Source: Bacteroidia bacterium (GTDB lineage Bacteria > Bacteroidota > Bacteroidia > NS11-12g > UBA955). Taken from it: a stretch of DNA of 64,000 nucleotides. Below, piece by piece: positions 49,251 to 60,676 of the stretch (position 1 is its first letter; each line of letters begins with the position of its first letter). The DNA lies in NCBI GenBank assembly GCA_041391605.1, contig JAWKNQ010000002.1:85417-149416 (forward strand), given 5' to 3'. A program made the position numbers and the translations under genes. The notes below the pieces were generated by a model, which saw only the letters and a list, made by a program, of their open reading frames with translations, had not been told where the DNA came from and searched no databases.

Positions 49251-50498
49251 CTAATTTTTGGTAGCTTTAGATTGAAGGCGTTGAGTTATTGTCAATGCAA
49301 GTGCCATTAACACTGTAAATCCGATTACAGATGCTTGTCTCTCTAAAATACTTTCAAAGCATGATGAAATTAATAACATGATTGCAATTGCTCCAATTAA
49401 TGAGTTTGATTTGAAAGTGTAATAAATAGAAAACAACAATATCATTAAGAAGAGGATGCCTGAAATTATACCGCTTTGAACAGATGATTCTAAAAATTGA
49501 AAGTGAGGATTTTTTCTATTTACGGCATTAATTGTGGGGTTTACAGAATAGAAGTTTGCATATAAAACAGAATCTGCATCTCCAATACCCACACCTAATA
49601 TTGGGTGTTTTGAAATTACATCCTTTGCATTTTTCCATGCTTGTAGTCGTAAAGCAAATGAGTAGTCATTTGCGTCTTTTCCCTCCCAAGCAACATTAAA
49701 ATCAATTAAAGTGTTATGTATTCTATTGCGCAGAGAATTGCTAAATGTGTAAGCTAAAATTGGAATAAGAACCGCTCCTAAAACTGCGCCAATTTTCATT
49801 TTTTTATTAAGTGTCCCAAACTCAATTAATGCTAAAAATAAAAACCCCAAATACAAAGAAAGTAAGCCCGTTCTAGCGCCAAGTATATGGATGCATATAA
49901 AGTTGACTGAAACTAGAAAAAGACCGATTAATTGTTCTGTTTTTGTTAAGGCCAGGAATTTTGCTTTTAAAAGTACAAATAAACCAAGAATGCAAGATGA
50001 GGCTAATAAAATTGAAAATTGAATGTGATATATACCATATCCGAATTCAATTGGTAACGGTTTAGATTCAAGTATAAGTTGATCGAATAATTCCTTATTT
50101 ATGAAATAGTTATATACACTCACAACTGCTGGTAAATACATGGAATACAAAAATATCAGAACCATGTGAATTACTGTTTTTGTTGTAATTGATTTATTTG
50201 AAATAAAATATAAGGGGAAAAATAGTAATGGTAATTTTAATACAAGTTTTCGAATACCATGTTCTGTGTTTGTCGTATATAAAAATGAATAAAGGGTAGT
50301 TAGGTAAAAGGCTATAAATAAAAGAAAAATTACTTTCTCTGTTTTGTTAAGAGAGCTTGTCTTAAGTAGAAAAAGACCAACGCTGCAAAGTAGTATGAAT
50401 GATATACTTAAAACCCCAGGAGATAAAGTAAATGAAAAGCACAAAAGCATCCAAGCAAACAATACAATTTGATTGATATATTGCTTGAAAATATTCAC
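49251..50498 (-). CDS. O-antigen ligase (Wzy_C)-like polytopic membrane protein
   Basis: About 10-12 TM helices with one larger loop (NVAWEGKDANDYSFALRLQAWKNA) and an ARTGLLSL-type segment. Confidence 0.5.
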   Translation of the reverse strand: MNIFKQYINQIVLFAWMLLCFSFTLSPGVLSISFILLCSVGLFLLKTSSLNKTEKVIFLLFIAFYLTTLYSFLYTTNTEHGIRKLVLKLPLLFFPLYFISNKSITTKTVIHMVLIFLYSMYLPAVVSVYNYFINKELFDQLILESKPLPIEFGYGIYHIQFSILLASSCILGLFVLLKAKFLALTKTEQLIGLFLVSVNFICIHILGARTGLLSLYLGFLFLALIEFGTLNKKMKIGAVLGAVLIPILAYTFSNSLRNRIHNTLIDFNVAWEGKDANDYSFALRLQAWKNAKDVISKHPILGVGIGDADSVLYANFYSVNPTINAVNRKNPHFQFLESSVQSGIISGILFLMILLFSIYYTFKSNSLIGAIAIMLLISSCFESILERQASVIGFTVLMALALTITQRLQSKATKN

Positions 50499-50514
50499 AG
50501 TATATGAATGTGAT

Positions 50515-51443
50515 TTATTTGGCGTAACTCACCTTAACTTCGGTGTTTTCAGAAACACCTAATTTACTAGCGACACTTTTACTCATTTTCAAAATACTAG
50601 TATTGTCGGCTTTTGAATTTGCTATTACTCTTGCAAAAACAGTGTTATTGTTTTCTGGATTTGTAATCATAACAATTGTGCCAACTTTGGCCTTAGGATG
50701 CATGATAAAGCTTCTATCTTGACTAAGTTCACCATCTGTGGAAATAATCGCTAATCCTTTTTCGGATATTTCATCCCCATCATCGGTGCTATATTTAGTT
50801 TTTACTGATTGGTTTTCTTCAGCTACTGCACTTGTCTCAGCTGTATTCTGTACGACAACATTCTTTGATTTGAATTGCTAATGGTTTCAGCGTTTGTCCA
50901 AGTTGAGTTTGGTTTTTCAGGTTGTTTGCAACTAAAACTTCTTCTTTTACTTTTTTCAACCAGCTTAGCTTCGGTTGGTTTTGGTTTAGGAGTGCTTTCA
51001 ACAATTTTTGTTTCTTCAACAATGAGCTTTTGACCAAGCATGATATTGTCTGATTTCAAATTGTTGAAGAGATTTTATTTCCTTAACAGAAGTGTTGTAT
51101 TTACGAGCAATAGAAAGGGTTTGCCCTTTTGATACCGTGTGGTATTTCTTTTCAATTTAGTTGTAGAACTATTGGCTACTTTAACAGTTGAAGATGCTTT
51201 CCCTTTAGGGATTAATAAAATTTGATCGATTAAAATATTTTGTTCTGAACCTTCATTCGATTCATAAATAGCCGAAGCTGTAACGCCATATTTTCTGCTG
51301 ATTCCATAAACTCCCTCGCCTTTACTAACTTTATGTAAAATGTAAAGTTGGCCGTCAATTGTTTTAGTACCAATAGAATCTTGAGGCATGCTATGGGCTG
51401 AAATCGCGAATAAGCATAAGAAAAAAGTGAATATAGATTTCAT
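50515..51443 (-). pseudogene. LysM-domain peptidoglycan-binding protein, frameshifted (about 50700-51130)
   Basis: Signal peptide and LysM 1 (HKVSKGEGVYGISRKYGVTASAIYESN) are in ORF 51075-51443. A second LysM (HTVSKGQTLSIARKYNTS...LGQKLIV) and the tail ORF 50515-50703 lie in other frames. Confidence 0.6.
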
Positions 51444-51538
51444 TATTTACGTGTAAAATTACAAAGTAAGCCAAAATTGAGGGATACTCTATGTTGGCGG
51501 GATATTAATTGTCAACAGGTGAATAGAAATGCATACGT

Positions 51539-52912
51539 TTAATTTTGGCTTTGTGTTTTTACTTCTTCAATCAAATTAGAAAACATCACTGTCCAAATTG
51601 TTTATTCGTATAAAATTACCTCTTCCACTCTTAGCCAGTTTTTCTAAAAATTCTATTGCTTTTGCATCTCTGCAAAACCAATGCTTGAAAGTTTAATAGT
51701 ATGCTGTCTATAGCCTTTTGACGCAATTTTGTACATATCCTGATTGCTTAATTTACTGCTATTTAATAAACCATCAGTAGCTAAAAATATCTGATTATTA
51801 CCATTGGGGATGTAATGTGTTTTTGCAAGTTCATACGCCATAACAATACTTCTAGAACCATTGCTGCCTCCACCAGCTTCTAATGAGTCAATATACGCAT
51901 CAATTGTGCTTTTATTTAGGCCATTTATGTTTTCAAAAACTACTTTTACCTTGTTTGTGTAAGAAATTAATGTGATATAATCTTGAGGTCTAATAACTGC
52001 AGTAATTTCTTTGATTGAGCGTTTTAAATAATACAATTTTGTGCTATCTTGCATACTACCACTTATATCAATAATGAATATGAGATGATTTGGCCTGTAT
52101 TTATAAGAATTAAACCCAGAATCAGCGTATGCAACAGGTATATATACAGGTGTAGGTTGTTCCTTCTCTTCAATTATTTCTTCTTCTTCTTTTTTTTGTT
52201 CTGCAAGAGTTGGTTGGGCAGGAATTACTGGAGTAATCAAGGTGTCCATTTGTCTTTTTAAGTAAATTATACAAGTGTAATTGTCTGCATTGTATTCGAA
52301 TTTAATTTCATTGCTTAAGTAACCCTTTTTTGATGCAAAAACATCTAGGCTACCATAATCGACCCGGCACTTTAGCTTATTTGAAGCAAATCCTTTGACA
52401 CAAGCATATACAAAATTATTTTTAGTTACTTCTACTTGTGCATCATATAATGTGATATCATTCATTTCATCTTTAACAACCACCTCTAATGGAATTTGTG
52501 AAGCTTGAAGAGGTTTGCTGTTTTCAATTGATGGACACACTGTATAGGCTGTTTCTAGGATGCTTTTAATATTTCCTTTGATGCTAATGTCAAATGAAGA
52601 ATTCAAATTGCTGAAATACAATGGTATTGTTTTCTCAAAACGACCTTTCTTAGAGGTATAGTAAACAATTCCAATTTGAATTGATTCCCCTGGAGCTAAG
52701 GTTTTGCTACTCGTTAAAACTGAATAATCATCCTGAGGCTGAACGGGAAGCAAATAAATGGTCTTATTTCCTTCATTACTAAATGTAAAATACGCAGTAT
52801 CGTTATTAAAACGATCGATATTCCCATGGTTAAATACTCTTTGGTTCACCTTAAGTTGAGCAAAGGTAAAATTTGGGATTACTAAAAGAATAAGGAATAG
52901 AAAACGATACAT
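51539..52912 (-). pseudogene. vWA-domain protein with DUF1573-like N-terminus, frameshifted near 51670
   Basis: Signal peptide, an E/K-rich linker and the vWA MIDAS motif IIDISGSM. After ...SSIGF the conserved tail AIEFLEKLAKSGRGNFIRI... continues in another frame to the stop at 51539-51541. Confidence 0.6.
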
Positions 52913-52975
52913 TTCTTTAAAGTATAACGAAAACTATACCAAAAGAATTGTGAACACAGTTAAATAGGAAGCTAA

Positions 52976-53299
52976 TTACTTAGATTTTGAAAGAATATAG
53001 GACACATTTAGAGTTCCATATTTGTAAAACAAAACTATAATAAGGCACAATACAACAAAAGACACAACAAAACCAATCCAAGATAATAAAACCCCTTGTT
53101 TATGGTTCTTTAATGCTTCATCACTGTAATTGCTGCTGAAGCTATTTAGCATTTTTGTATCTTTGTCAACTAGATATACTGATATGACGCCTAAAATAAA
53201 TCCAACTATAATTGGAGACAGCACAATAGATGCAATGCCGAGGAATAATTTAACGTTTCCGTATGGTAGTTTGTCGTTTAACAATTGATTATTTTCCAT
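52976..53299 (-). CDS. hypothetical small membrane protein
   Basis: Two hydrophobic helices. The start at MENNQ (53299) is preferred over the upstream ATG at 53368. Confidence 0.4.
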   Translation of the reverse strand: MENNQLLNDKLPYGNVKLFLGIASIVLSPIIVGFILGVISVYLVDKDTKMLNSFSSNYSDEALKNHKQGVLLSWIGFVVSFVVLCLIIVLFYKYGTLNVSYILSKSK

Positions 53300-53369
53300 A
53301 TCAATGTACAATAGTTTGCAAAAATAGCAGTTTATAGCGAAAGAACAAGTTAATTTTAAATTAAGCATT

Positions 53370-54236
53370 TTGATTGAGCACGATTTTTACCGTTTGATGG
53401 AAATAGAACCATATTCCGATATAGATGTTGTGAAAAAACGCTATCGTGAGCTGGCTATGCTTTATCATCCTGATAGGAATCCAAATAATTAACATGCAGA
53501 AGAGTTTTTTAAAATTCTTACTCAAGGATATAATATTTTAAGTGAGGCAGATGATAAGGCTGTGTATGATCGTTCTTTAAAGAACTATTACGAAAAGCCG
53601 ATAGTAAATTCTAGTGTTCCGAAAGTAAGTAGAAATGAGGAGATTAGAAGTAAAATAAGAAAGAATAAAGAAAGAAAAAGAACAGATTTTATTAACGAAT
53701 ATGTTAGGGCAGAGAATGAATTTCCTCATAAATACAGATTTATTTTAGCGCTCTTTATTTTCATCAGCGGAATATTGCTTTGTTACAACAATTGGTTTAT
53801 TAATCTGTTGAATTTTGATATTTTTTATATTGTAATCGGCGTTTTCATGTTTGGAACTGGAACTTACATGATGTCCGAGAATATTTATCGACGTCGTAGT
53901 TTCAAAAAGGCAATGAAAATCGAAGACTTTAGTCATGATGGCGGTCCAGCTAAAATTTTCTTGGTTTTGTTCTTTATAACTCCAATTGCGTTTATGTTAC
54001 TTATGAATATTACAAAAAAAGTACATTTGACTTATTATTATGATATAACAGTGGTAGAAAATGTTTTATATTTTGGAGAGACTGTCACATACAATTACAG
54101 TGTTAATGGAGAGCACTACTCTCGGCGCACAGATGTGAGTCCGGGGCATAATTACCAACATTTAGGAAAGATGAGAGTGAAATTTTCAAGAATTAATCCA
54201 ATTATCAGTGAGTTGGTTTTCCTCAATAACTATTAA
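53370..54236 (+). pseudogene. J-domain (DnaJ-like) membrane protein with a single in-frame TAA (53490-53492)
   Basis: A TTG-started frame reads [54 protein letters not shown] (HPD motif). It continues in the same frame into ORF 53562-54236, which has 3 TM helices. Confidence 0.6.
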
Positions 54237-55422
54237 CTAATTTTTCCAGATTGTTTCAGTGATTCTTTTAGAATTCTCACCAACTACTTTTATTAGGTAA
54301 AGTCCATTCTGCTCAATTTCAAGACTATTCAGATCCGAATTAAAGGTGAAATCAATTTCTTTTCCTAAGCGATCAAATATGTGAATTTCTATTATCTTGA
54401 AATCACATGCAATTGTAAAGATTCCATTTGAAGGATTAGGAAAGATAGAATAGTTTTTTGTTGAAACATTTAAAGTAGAAAGACCAAAGCCACCACGATT
54501 AATGGTTCTTAATACTGTTCCTCCATCGCCAACAATAAGTCCTACTTCATTTTGAAAATACACAGATTGTAAGTTTGAGGCACTGCCTGTTATTTGCTGT
54601 CCTCGTTTAGTAAATGGTTGATAAACCTTGGAGACAATTCCATTCTTACCGACTAAAATTCCAGTATCTGAAGAAAAGAACCAAGCATCGAATATTGTTT
54701 TCATTTCTGAAATTTCTGTTTCTTGCCAGGTTTGTCCGCCATTCACACTTCTTAAAAAAATATTTTTGTAGTTCCCTGAGACTATATCGAGCATGCCTCC
54801 AGACACCATTAGAGTTGAATCCCCAAAATGTGTAATGGAATTAAAATTGATTTTACTATTGTATTTGATGACTTCCCATTTGCGGGAAGACAAGGGTTTT
54901 TTCAATAAATACCCGCTGTCTCCAACTGCCCAACAGATTGCATTTGAAAGTATACAAACATCATTTAATGCTTTGTTCGAATTAAATGTTGTATCAACGC
55001 TCCACGTTTCTCCAAAGTCGGTTGTACTCAGCTAGTATTATTGTTCCCAACTGCAATCCCATTTGCTCCTGAAAAATTCGATATCGTGGTGCACAAGGTG
55101 AAGTTCGATGTATTTTTGTGTCCAGTTTATTCCGCCATTAAAGTTTTTAGTATTCTAGCATTTTCACCAGTTATAAAGCCAGTGTCTTGAGATGAAAAAT
55201 ATAAACATCTTAAGAAAGGAATACTCAAGTTTAGTTTGGTCCAAGTTTCGTCTATATCATTTGATTGTATAGTGAATTGTTATGACCCACTATATATGCA
55301 GTGTTGTTAATGATTTGAACATCGTATAAATCGTTGTTACCCGGCAATATGTTTTTTTGCCATTGAGAAAAACCAAATAAAGGAGCAAAACAAAATAGGG
55401 TTAATACAAATGACCTATTCAT
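54237..55422 (-). pseudogene. BNR/Ycf48-like beta-propeller protein with T9SS type A C-terminal sorting domain, frameshifted (about 54900-55260)
   Basis: N-terminal signal peptide piece (MNRSFVLTLFCFAPLFGFSQ, ATG at 55422), a BNR-like SVNGGQTW motif, and the C-terminal block IFPNPSNGIFTI...NGLYLIKV. Confidence 0.6.
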
Positions 55423-55534
55423 GATTGTTAAGTGCAAAAATAATTAATTTAAGTGTGAATTCTGGGGGATGATTTTAATTCTGAATAATTATATCAATTC
55501 AATCAATTAAAACAGATTTATTATTTAAATATAT

Positions 55535-55726
55535 TTGCCGTATAATTTGAAGCAAGAAGAAGATTTTTATTACAATTCAGAAGGTTTACTTGTATTTACC
55601 TCAAAGTATCTGTCAGAAAGGGGATACTGTTGTGGCAATATATGTAAACATTGCCCCTATAATTATGTTAATGTAAAAGAAAACGAAAAATTGAAAGATG
55701 CAAGACGAACAAAATCCACTCGCTAA
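55535..55726 (+). CDS. DUF5522-like small Cys-rich protein
   Basis: RGYCCGNICKHCPY motif. The start is uncertain: the TTG at 55535 overlaps a TAtaTTTG box at 55530-55537, and the in-frame TTG at 55547 is an alternative. Confidence 0.5.
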   Translation: MPYNLKQEEDFYYNSEGLLVFTSKYLSERGYCCGNICKHCPYNYVNVKENEKLKDARRTKSTR

Positions 55727-55976
55727 AAAAATCATTTCTTTATTGGTCTTTGAAGAATCTTTCAGTTCAATTGTATCTGAGTTGCCAGATGAATCAAGGT
55801 ACGCTTTGGCAGATGAAATTAAATCATTAATTGTGAAAGATTTGGTGAAGCCTTGCAAGAACAGCGAAAACAATACACTGTCTGGTATTCTTTACGATTC
55901 TGATGCTATGAATTCTTACACTTTTATTTTAACTGCGAAAGGACTTGCATATTTAGAGAACAATTTGAAAACATAA
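55698..55976 (+). CDS. hypothetical protein
   Basis: 92-aa ORF that overlaps the upstream gene by 29 nt. No motif recognised. Confidence 0.35.
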   Translation: MQDEQNPLAKKIISLLVFEESFSSIVSELPDESRYALADEIKSLIVKDLVKPCKNSENNTLSGILYDSDAMNSYTFILTAKGLAYLENNLKT

Positions 55977-56018
55977 GATTATTCAAATTCAATAAAATTA
56001 AATGTATTATTGCATCAC

Positions 56019-56906
56019 ATGAAGTTTGGAGCGATAGACATTGGTTCGAATGGCGTAAGGCTGTTAATTTCAAGACCGTTGCAAGAAGATCAGTTAAAAC
56101 CTGAATGGAAAAAAGTAGAATTTACCAGATTGCCTTTACGTTTAGGAGATGATGTGTTTAGCACAAAGGAAATAGGGAAGAAAAAATCAGAACTTTTATT
56201 AAAAGCGCTAAAAGCATTTGCTTTGTTAATTGATATTTACAATGTAGATATTGTGCGCGCCTGTGCAACAAGTGCAATGCGTGATGCAAGAAATTCAGAT
56301 AAAATAATTAAGAACATCAAAAAGGAAACAGGAATTGAAATAGATGTGATTAGTGGGAATTCTGAAAGTAAGTTAATTATGAACGCTTTTCTTCATCTAT
56401 TGCCAAAGGAAGAGACTTTTCTGCATGTGGACGTTGGGGGAGGAAGCACTGAGTTGACACTGATTCAAAAGAATAAACCAGTAGTCAATAAGAGTTTTAA
56501 TATTGGAACGGTAAGGGCAAGAGAAAATAAAATAAAAGAAGAAGAGTACGATAAGTTACACGCTTGGATAAAGGAGCATGTAACTTGGGTGCAAAAATTG
56601 AAAGGAGTGGGTACTGGGGAAATATTCATAAGTTTGGTTCTTTAGCAAAAGTGCTCAAGGGGCTTACTTAAAAACCAAAAACTTCAGGACCTCACTGAAT
56701 TAATAGAAGAAACACCACTTCATGAGCGAATTTACGATATGAAATTGAATCCAGATCGCGCTGAAGTAATTGATGTTGCTGGTCGGATTTATTTGGATAT
56801 CTTTAAACGAACAAAAATATCAGAAATCCTAACTCCATATCATGGCTTGAAAGATGTAATTATTCAAGATTTATGGGAAAGATATTACACCAAACAGAAG
56901 GATTAA
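56019..56906 (+). pseudogene. Ppx/GppA family exopolyphosphatase (short form), frameshifted at the G-runs 56616-56619 and 56659-56662
   Basis: AIDIGSNGVRLLI and VDVGGGSTEL motifs. After GVGTG the expected GNINKFGSLAKVLKG and the tail LQDLTELIEETPLHERIYDMKLNPDRAEVI... lie in other frames and end at the TAA 56904-56906. Confidence 0.75.
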
Positions 56907-56957
56907 GAATCCAAATATAAAATCATTAAATATGATTTTTATTCTCCTGATTATTGC

Positions 56958-56965
56958 TACCTTTG
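56958..56965 (+). promoter_or_regulatory. -7 box (TAccTTTG) upstream of ndk
   Basis: Exact match, 22 nt before the ATG at 56988. Confidence 0.45.
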
Positions 56966-56987
56966 CAGCCGTTTAATTTAAACCAAA

Positions 56988-57404
56988 ATGAGCAACAAAA
57001 CGTTTACGATGATCAAGCCCGACGCTGTGGCTAACAAGAACACTGGAAAAATTATTGATGATATTTTACAAGCCGGCTTTACTATTAAAGCTATGAAATA
57101 CATTCAATTAACAAAAAGTCAAGCTGAAGGATTTTACGCTGTACACAAAGAACGCCCATTTTTTAACGATCTGGTTGGTTTTATGATTAGTGGACCGATA
57201 GTAGCTGCAATTCTTGAAAAAGAGAATGCTGTTGAATCTTTTAGAACCTTAATTGGTGCAACCAACCCGGCAGAAGCAGCTGAAGGAACTATTCGAAGAA
57301 AATACGCTAAAAGTATTGAAGCAAATGCTGTTCACGGAAGTGATAGTGACGAAAATGCTGCAATTGAAGGAAGTTATTTCTTCTCTCAATTCGAACGATT
57401 TTAA
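56988..57404 (+). CDS. ndk: nucleoside-diphosphate kinase
   Basis: [10 protein letters not shown] start, GATNP, and the NAVHGSDS active-site His block. Confidence 0.95.
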   Translation: MSNKTFTMIKPDAVANKNTGKIIDDILQAGFTIKAMKYIQLTKSQAEGFYAVHKERPFFNDLVGFMISGPIVAAILEKENAVESFRTLIGATNPAEAAEGTIRRKYAKSIEANAVHGSDSDENAAIEGSYFFSQFERF

Positions 57405-57493
57405 TAGGGTATAGTTCCTGTTTGATTTGTCTGTTCCATCTGTTTCTCAAACAATTGGCAGAGAACTTATTTTTAAATACGGACGAATTAATT

Positions 57494-57501
57494 TAATTTT
57501 G
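57494..57501 (+). promoter_or_regulatory. -7 box (TAatTTTG) upstream of nadK
   Basis: Exact match, 47 nt before the ATG at 57549. Confidence 0.35.
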
Positions 57502-57548
57502 TATAACCTGGTACGAATTCCACATTCGTCAAGCTAATCTATTCATAA

Positions 57549-58415
57549 ATGAAAATCGGTCTCTATACCAAAGTTGTTAGTACGCCTAGACAACTAAAAT
57601 TAATGGAAGACATCATTGGATTCTTGTTGTCCGAGAAGGTAGAAGTATACCTCCATAAGGAAGTCAATGAATTATTAGAAAAAAATTTCAATCTACCTAT
57701 TTTCGAATTCCTAAAAAAAGGGGAAAGTCATATTGACTACTTGATAAGTATTGGTGGAGACGGTACAATTCTTAGTGCTGTAGAAATTGCAGGAGATAGT
57801 GAAGTTCCCATTATTGGTGTTAACACAGGACGCTTAGGCTTTTTAGCCAATGTGTCAACCGACGGATTTATAAAAGCGTTTAGTGATTTGCAAAAGGGAT
57901 CGTATTCAATTGATAAAAGAACTTTACTGCGCTTAGAAAGCAACACGGATTTATTTAGGTTTAACTACGCTTTAAATGATTTCGTTTTGCATAAAAAAGA
58001 AACCAGTAGTATGATAACCGTTCATGCATTTTTAAATGGAGAGCCACTAAATTCCTATTGGGCGGACGGATTGATTGTTGCCACACCTACAGGCTCTTCT
58101 GGATATTCATTAAGTTGTGGTGGTCCAATATTATTTCCAAAAGCTTCTAGTTTAGTAGTTACCCCGATCGCACCACATAATTTAAATGTGCGTCCAGTCA
58201 TTATTCCTGATGATCAAGTTTTGAGTTTTGAAATTGAAGGAAGAAGCTCTCAGTTTTTAGCCTCATTAGACAGTCGCTCTGTAACAATTGATCAAACTGT
58301 TCAAATTGCAATTCGGAAAGCTGATTTCTGCATCAATCTTGTTCGATTTGAAGGAGACACCTTCCTTAAAACACTTCGAAATAAGATGCTTTGGGGAATG
58401 GACAATAGAAACTAA
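57549..58415 (+). CDS. nadK: NAD kinase
   Basis: GGDGTIL, NxGxLGFL and ATPTGSSGYSLSxGGPI motifs. Confidence 0.9.
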   Translation: MKIGLYTKVVSTPRQLKLMEDIIGFLLSEKVEVYLHKEVNELLEKNFNLPIFEFLKKGESHIDYLISIGGDGTILSAVEIAGDSEVPIIGVNTGRLGFLANVSTDGFIKAFSDLQKGSYSIDKRTLLRLESNTDLFRFNYALNDFVLHKKETSSMITVHAFLNGEPLNSYWADGLIVATPTGSSGYSLSCGGPILFPKASSLVVTPIAPHNLNVRPVIIPDDQVLSFEIEGRSSQFLASLDSRSVTIDQTVQIAIRKADFCINLVRFEGDTFLKTLRNKMLWGMDNRN

Positions 58416-58442
58416 GCATCTTTAAGTTCAATTGCTTTTTCA

Positions 58443-58450
58443 TACATTTG
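58443..58450 (+). promoter_or_regulatory. -7 box (TAcaTTTG) upstream of xth
   Basis: Exact match, 10 nt before the ATG at 58461. Confidence 0.35.
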
Positions 58451-58460
58451 TAAGATCCTT

Positions 58461-59222
58461 ATGAAGATCATTTCTTATAACTTAAACGGTATACGTTCAG
58501 CTATCAATAAAGGCTTTATCGATTTTTTGAAGCAAGAAGATGCAGATATTATCTGCGTTCAAGAATTAAAAGCTCAAGAAGCAGATATAGATGATTCACT
58601 ATTCACAGACTTAGGTTATCACACCTATTGGTTTCCAGCGGTTAAAAAAGGCTATAGTGGTGTTGGAATTATCTCCAAGATGAAAGCGAATTCAATTGAA
58701 ACAGGCATCAATAATGAATTATTTGATAACGAGGGTCGTGTTTTAAAAGCTAGTTTTGAAGGTTTTGATGTGTACAGTTGCTATTTCCCTTCTGGAACAA
58801 CAGGAGACATCCGTCAGAAGATCAAGTATGAATTTCTAGATGCTTTCTATCAGTTTATTCAAGAACAAAATCCAAGCAAGAAGAAATTAGTTGTTTGTGG
58901 AGATTACAACATTTGTCATAAGCCAATTGATATTCATGATCCCATTGGGAATAAAAATTCAAGTGGATTTTTACCAGAAGAAAGAGAATGGATGGATAAA
59001 TGGTTCGAGTGTGGTATGTTTGTTTGTTTTAGATTGAAAAATTCTGAACCAGATCATTACACTTGGTGGAGTTTTCGAACTGCAGCACGATCTAGAAACA
59101 AAGGATGGAGAATTGATTACATCTCAATTAGCAAACCCCTTGAAAAAGAACTGAAATCAGCAGGTATATTAAATCAGTATGTTCACAGTGATCACTGTGG
59201 ATTGTATGCCGAACTTAAATAG
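58461..59222 (+). CDS. xth: exodeoxyribonuclease III
   Basis: KIISYNLNGIRSA, CVQELK, GDYNICH, WRIDY and SDHCG blocks. Confidence 0.9.
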   Translation: MKIISYNLNGIRSAINKGFIDFLKQEDADIICVQELKAQEADIDDSLFTDLGYHTYWFPAVKKGYSGVGIISKMKANSIETGINNELFDNEGRVLKASFEGFDVYSCYFPSGTTGDIRQKIKYEFLDAFYQFIQEQNPSKKKLVVCGDYNICHKPIDIHDPIGNKNSSGFLPEEREWMDKWFECGMFVCFRLKNSEPDHYTWWSFRTAARSRNKGWRIDYISISKPLEKELKSAGILNQYVHSDHCGLYAELK

Positions 59223-59228
59223 AGCATT

Positions 59229-59971
59229 TTGAAACGCTTTTTACCTAAAAATCTCAAACAATTACTGTGGTTTATAGTTAAATCTCCACAGAGAAAATGG
59301 ATTGGATATTCGACATTGTTTTTAGATATGAGAGCATATTTGTCCGTGTTTTTTAAAACCTCTAGAAAACAAAAAATTACAATTTGTGTTGGGGTTAAAA
59401 ATAGAAGTGAAAACTTGTTGTCGTTCTTAATAACAAGCATGAACGCCTGCAAAGACAAAGATTTATTAGCACTTTCTATATATGATTGCGGAAGCACAGA
59501 TGTTCAAGATTTAAAAACATCCATTCAAGATATTTGGGAAGGGGACTTAAAATTTGAGACATCTGATCAAGATTTTGCCCGAACAATTTCCTTCAATGGA
59601 GCTGTTAAAATGGCAGATACTGAGCTCGTTTTAATTTGCGATGCCGATATGTCTCTACCCGCAGATATTGTAAGTAAGGTTGTTAAATACACTGGTAAAT
59701 TTTCTGCTTGGTTTCCAGTTGTTTGGTATACAAATGAAGATGGAAGCGGGAGGTATTACACGAAAGTCTTGGAATGATGGCTTGTAAAAAAGCACAGTTT
59801 TTCAAAGTTGGAGCTTATGATGAAAAAATAAAAAAATGGGGCAAAGAAGATTGGCTTTTGTTTTTTGAGTTTTACAAACATGGATTTGGATGCATTAGAA
59901 GCAGGGAGCCTGAATTCATTCATCACTACCACAAGAGCCTGAAGCCAGATGATTTTGTTCCTTTGTTTTGA
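59229..59971 (+). pseudogene. glycosyltransferase family 2-like protein, frameshifted near 59765
   Basis: ITICVGVKNRSENL and the DxD-like ICDADM lie in ORF 59229-59777. ORF 59774-59971 continues as ...ESLGMMACKKAQFFKVGAYDEKIKKWGKEDW in another frame. The true start may be the ATG at 59328. Confidence 0.5.
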
Positions 59972-59981
59972 ACAATATCAG

Positions 59982-60623
59982 CTAGTCTTTCCAAATAAAT
60001 TTAATCAAAATTAAACCTAAACTCACAATTAGGACATTGAATGCCATGAGCACTAATAAATCTGGTAACACGGTTTCAAAACCCAATTCGTCAATTGCTT
60101 TTTTTCCAGCTTTTACACCTACTAAAACTTGAGGAAGTATGATAGGGAAAGTTAAAACTGGAAGTAAAACTCCAGGATTGTCAGTTTTGCTTGCAATACT
60201 ACTACTAATCGTGAAGATTGAAGAAATGCCGATTCCACAAACAAGAGTGACCAATAAGAATAAATTTCCACCAGCACTAACACTGCCATGCATTATAATA
60301 AAGACCAAGTATGCAAATAAGGTGAATACCAACATTAACAAAAAAGAACTTATTAGTTTTGAGGCCAGGAAGATTTGAGGCGAGGTGATTTGTTGCCAGA
60401 ATGCAAAATCTTGTTTACGCATTTGAATAAAGGACCTAGATACGCCTTGTAATGTTGTGAAAATTACGACAATCCAAAAAATAGCGCTAAAATGCGGTTT
60501 GTCCATTCCAGGTAAGGTAAGGAAGGTAATTAATACTGCTGTAAAAATGTAAAGGAATGCTCCTATTATAGCGTGTTTCCCCTTCCATTCTTCAGCCAGA
60601 AAAAATTTCAACAGTTCAAGCAT
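59982..60623 (-). CDS. ccmB: CcmB-like heme exporter / ABC-type permease
   Basis: 213 aa with 6 TM helices. The N-terminal EWKGKHAIIGAFLY resembles the EWRxKxAxxGxxLY start of Bacteroidota CcmB (from memory). Confidence 0.5.
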   Translation of the reverse strand: MLELLKFFLAEEWKGKHAIIGAFLYIFTAVLITFLTLPGMDKPHFSAIFWIVVIFTTLQGVSRSFIQMRKQDFAFWQQITSPQIFLASKLISSFLLMLVFTLFAYLVFIIMHGSVSAGGNLFLLVTLVCGIGISSIFTISSSIASKTDNPGVLLPVLTFPIILPQVLVGVKAGKKAIDELGFETVLPDLLVLMAFNVLIVSLGLILIKFIWKD

Positions 60624-60676
60624 TGCAGCAAAGTTTAAATTATGTACTTTTGTGCAAAAGTAATAGAAACATTTGT

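Noticed and set aside
50823-51059. Two overlapping minus-strand ORFs (78 and 66 aa) as separate small genes.
   Set aside because: They are alternative frames of the broken LysM gene. Together with the neighbouring fragments, one frame carries the end of the second LysM repeat (SDNIMLGQKLIVEE).
52185-52200. A8/T8 homopolymer inside the vWA gene (E/K-rich linker) as a phase-variation switch.
   Set aside because: The run is in frame and encodes the KKEEEE linker. The actual frameshift in this gene is elsewhere, at about 51670. Eight nucleotides is short for a contingency locus.
57480-57540. Inverted repeat gacgaat...attcgtc between ndk and nadK as a regulatory structure.
   Set aside because: It is only a 7-bp stem with a loop of about 37 nt and no T-run. 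It is expected by chance in AT-rich spacers.
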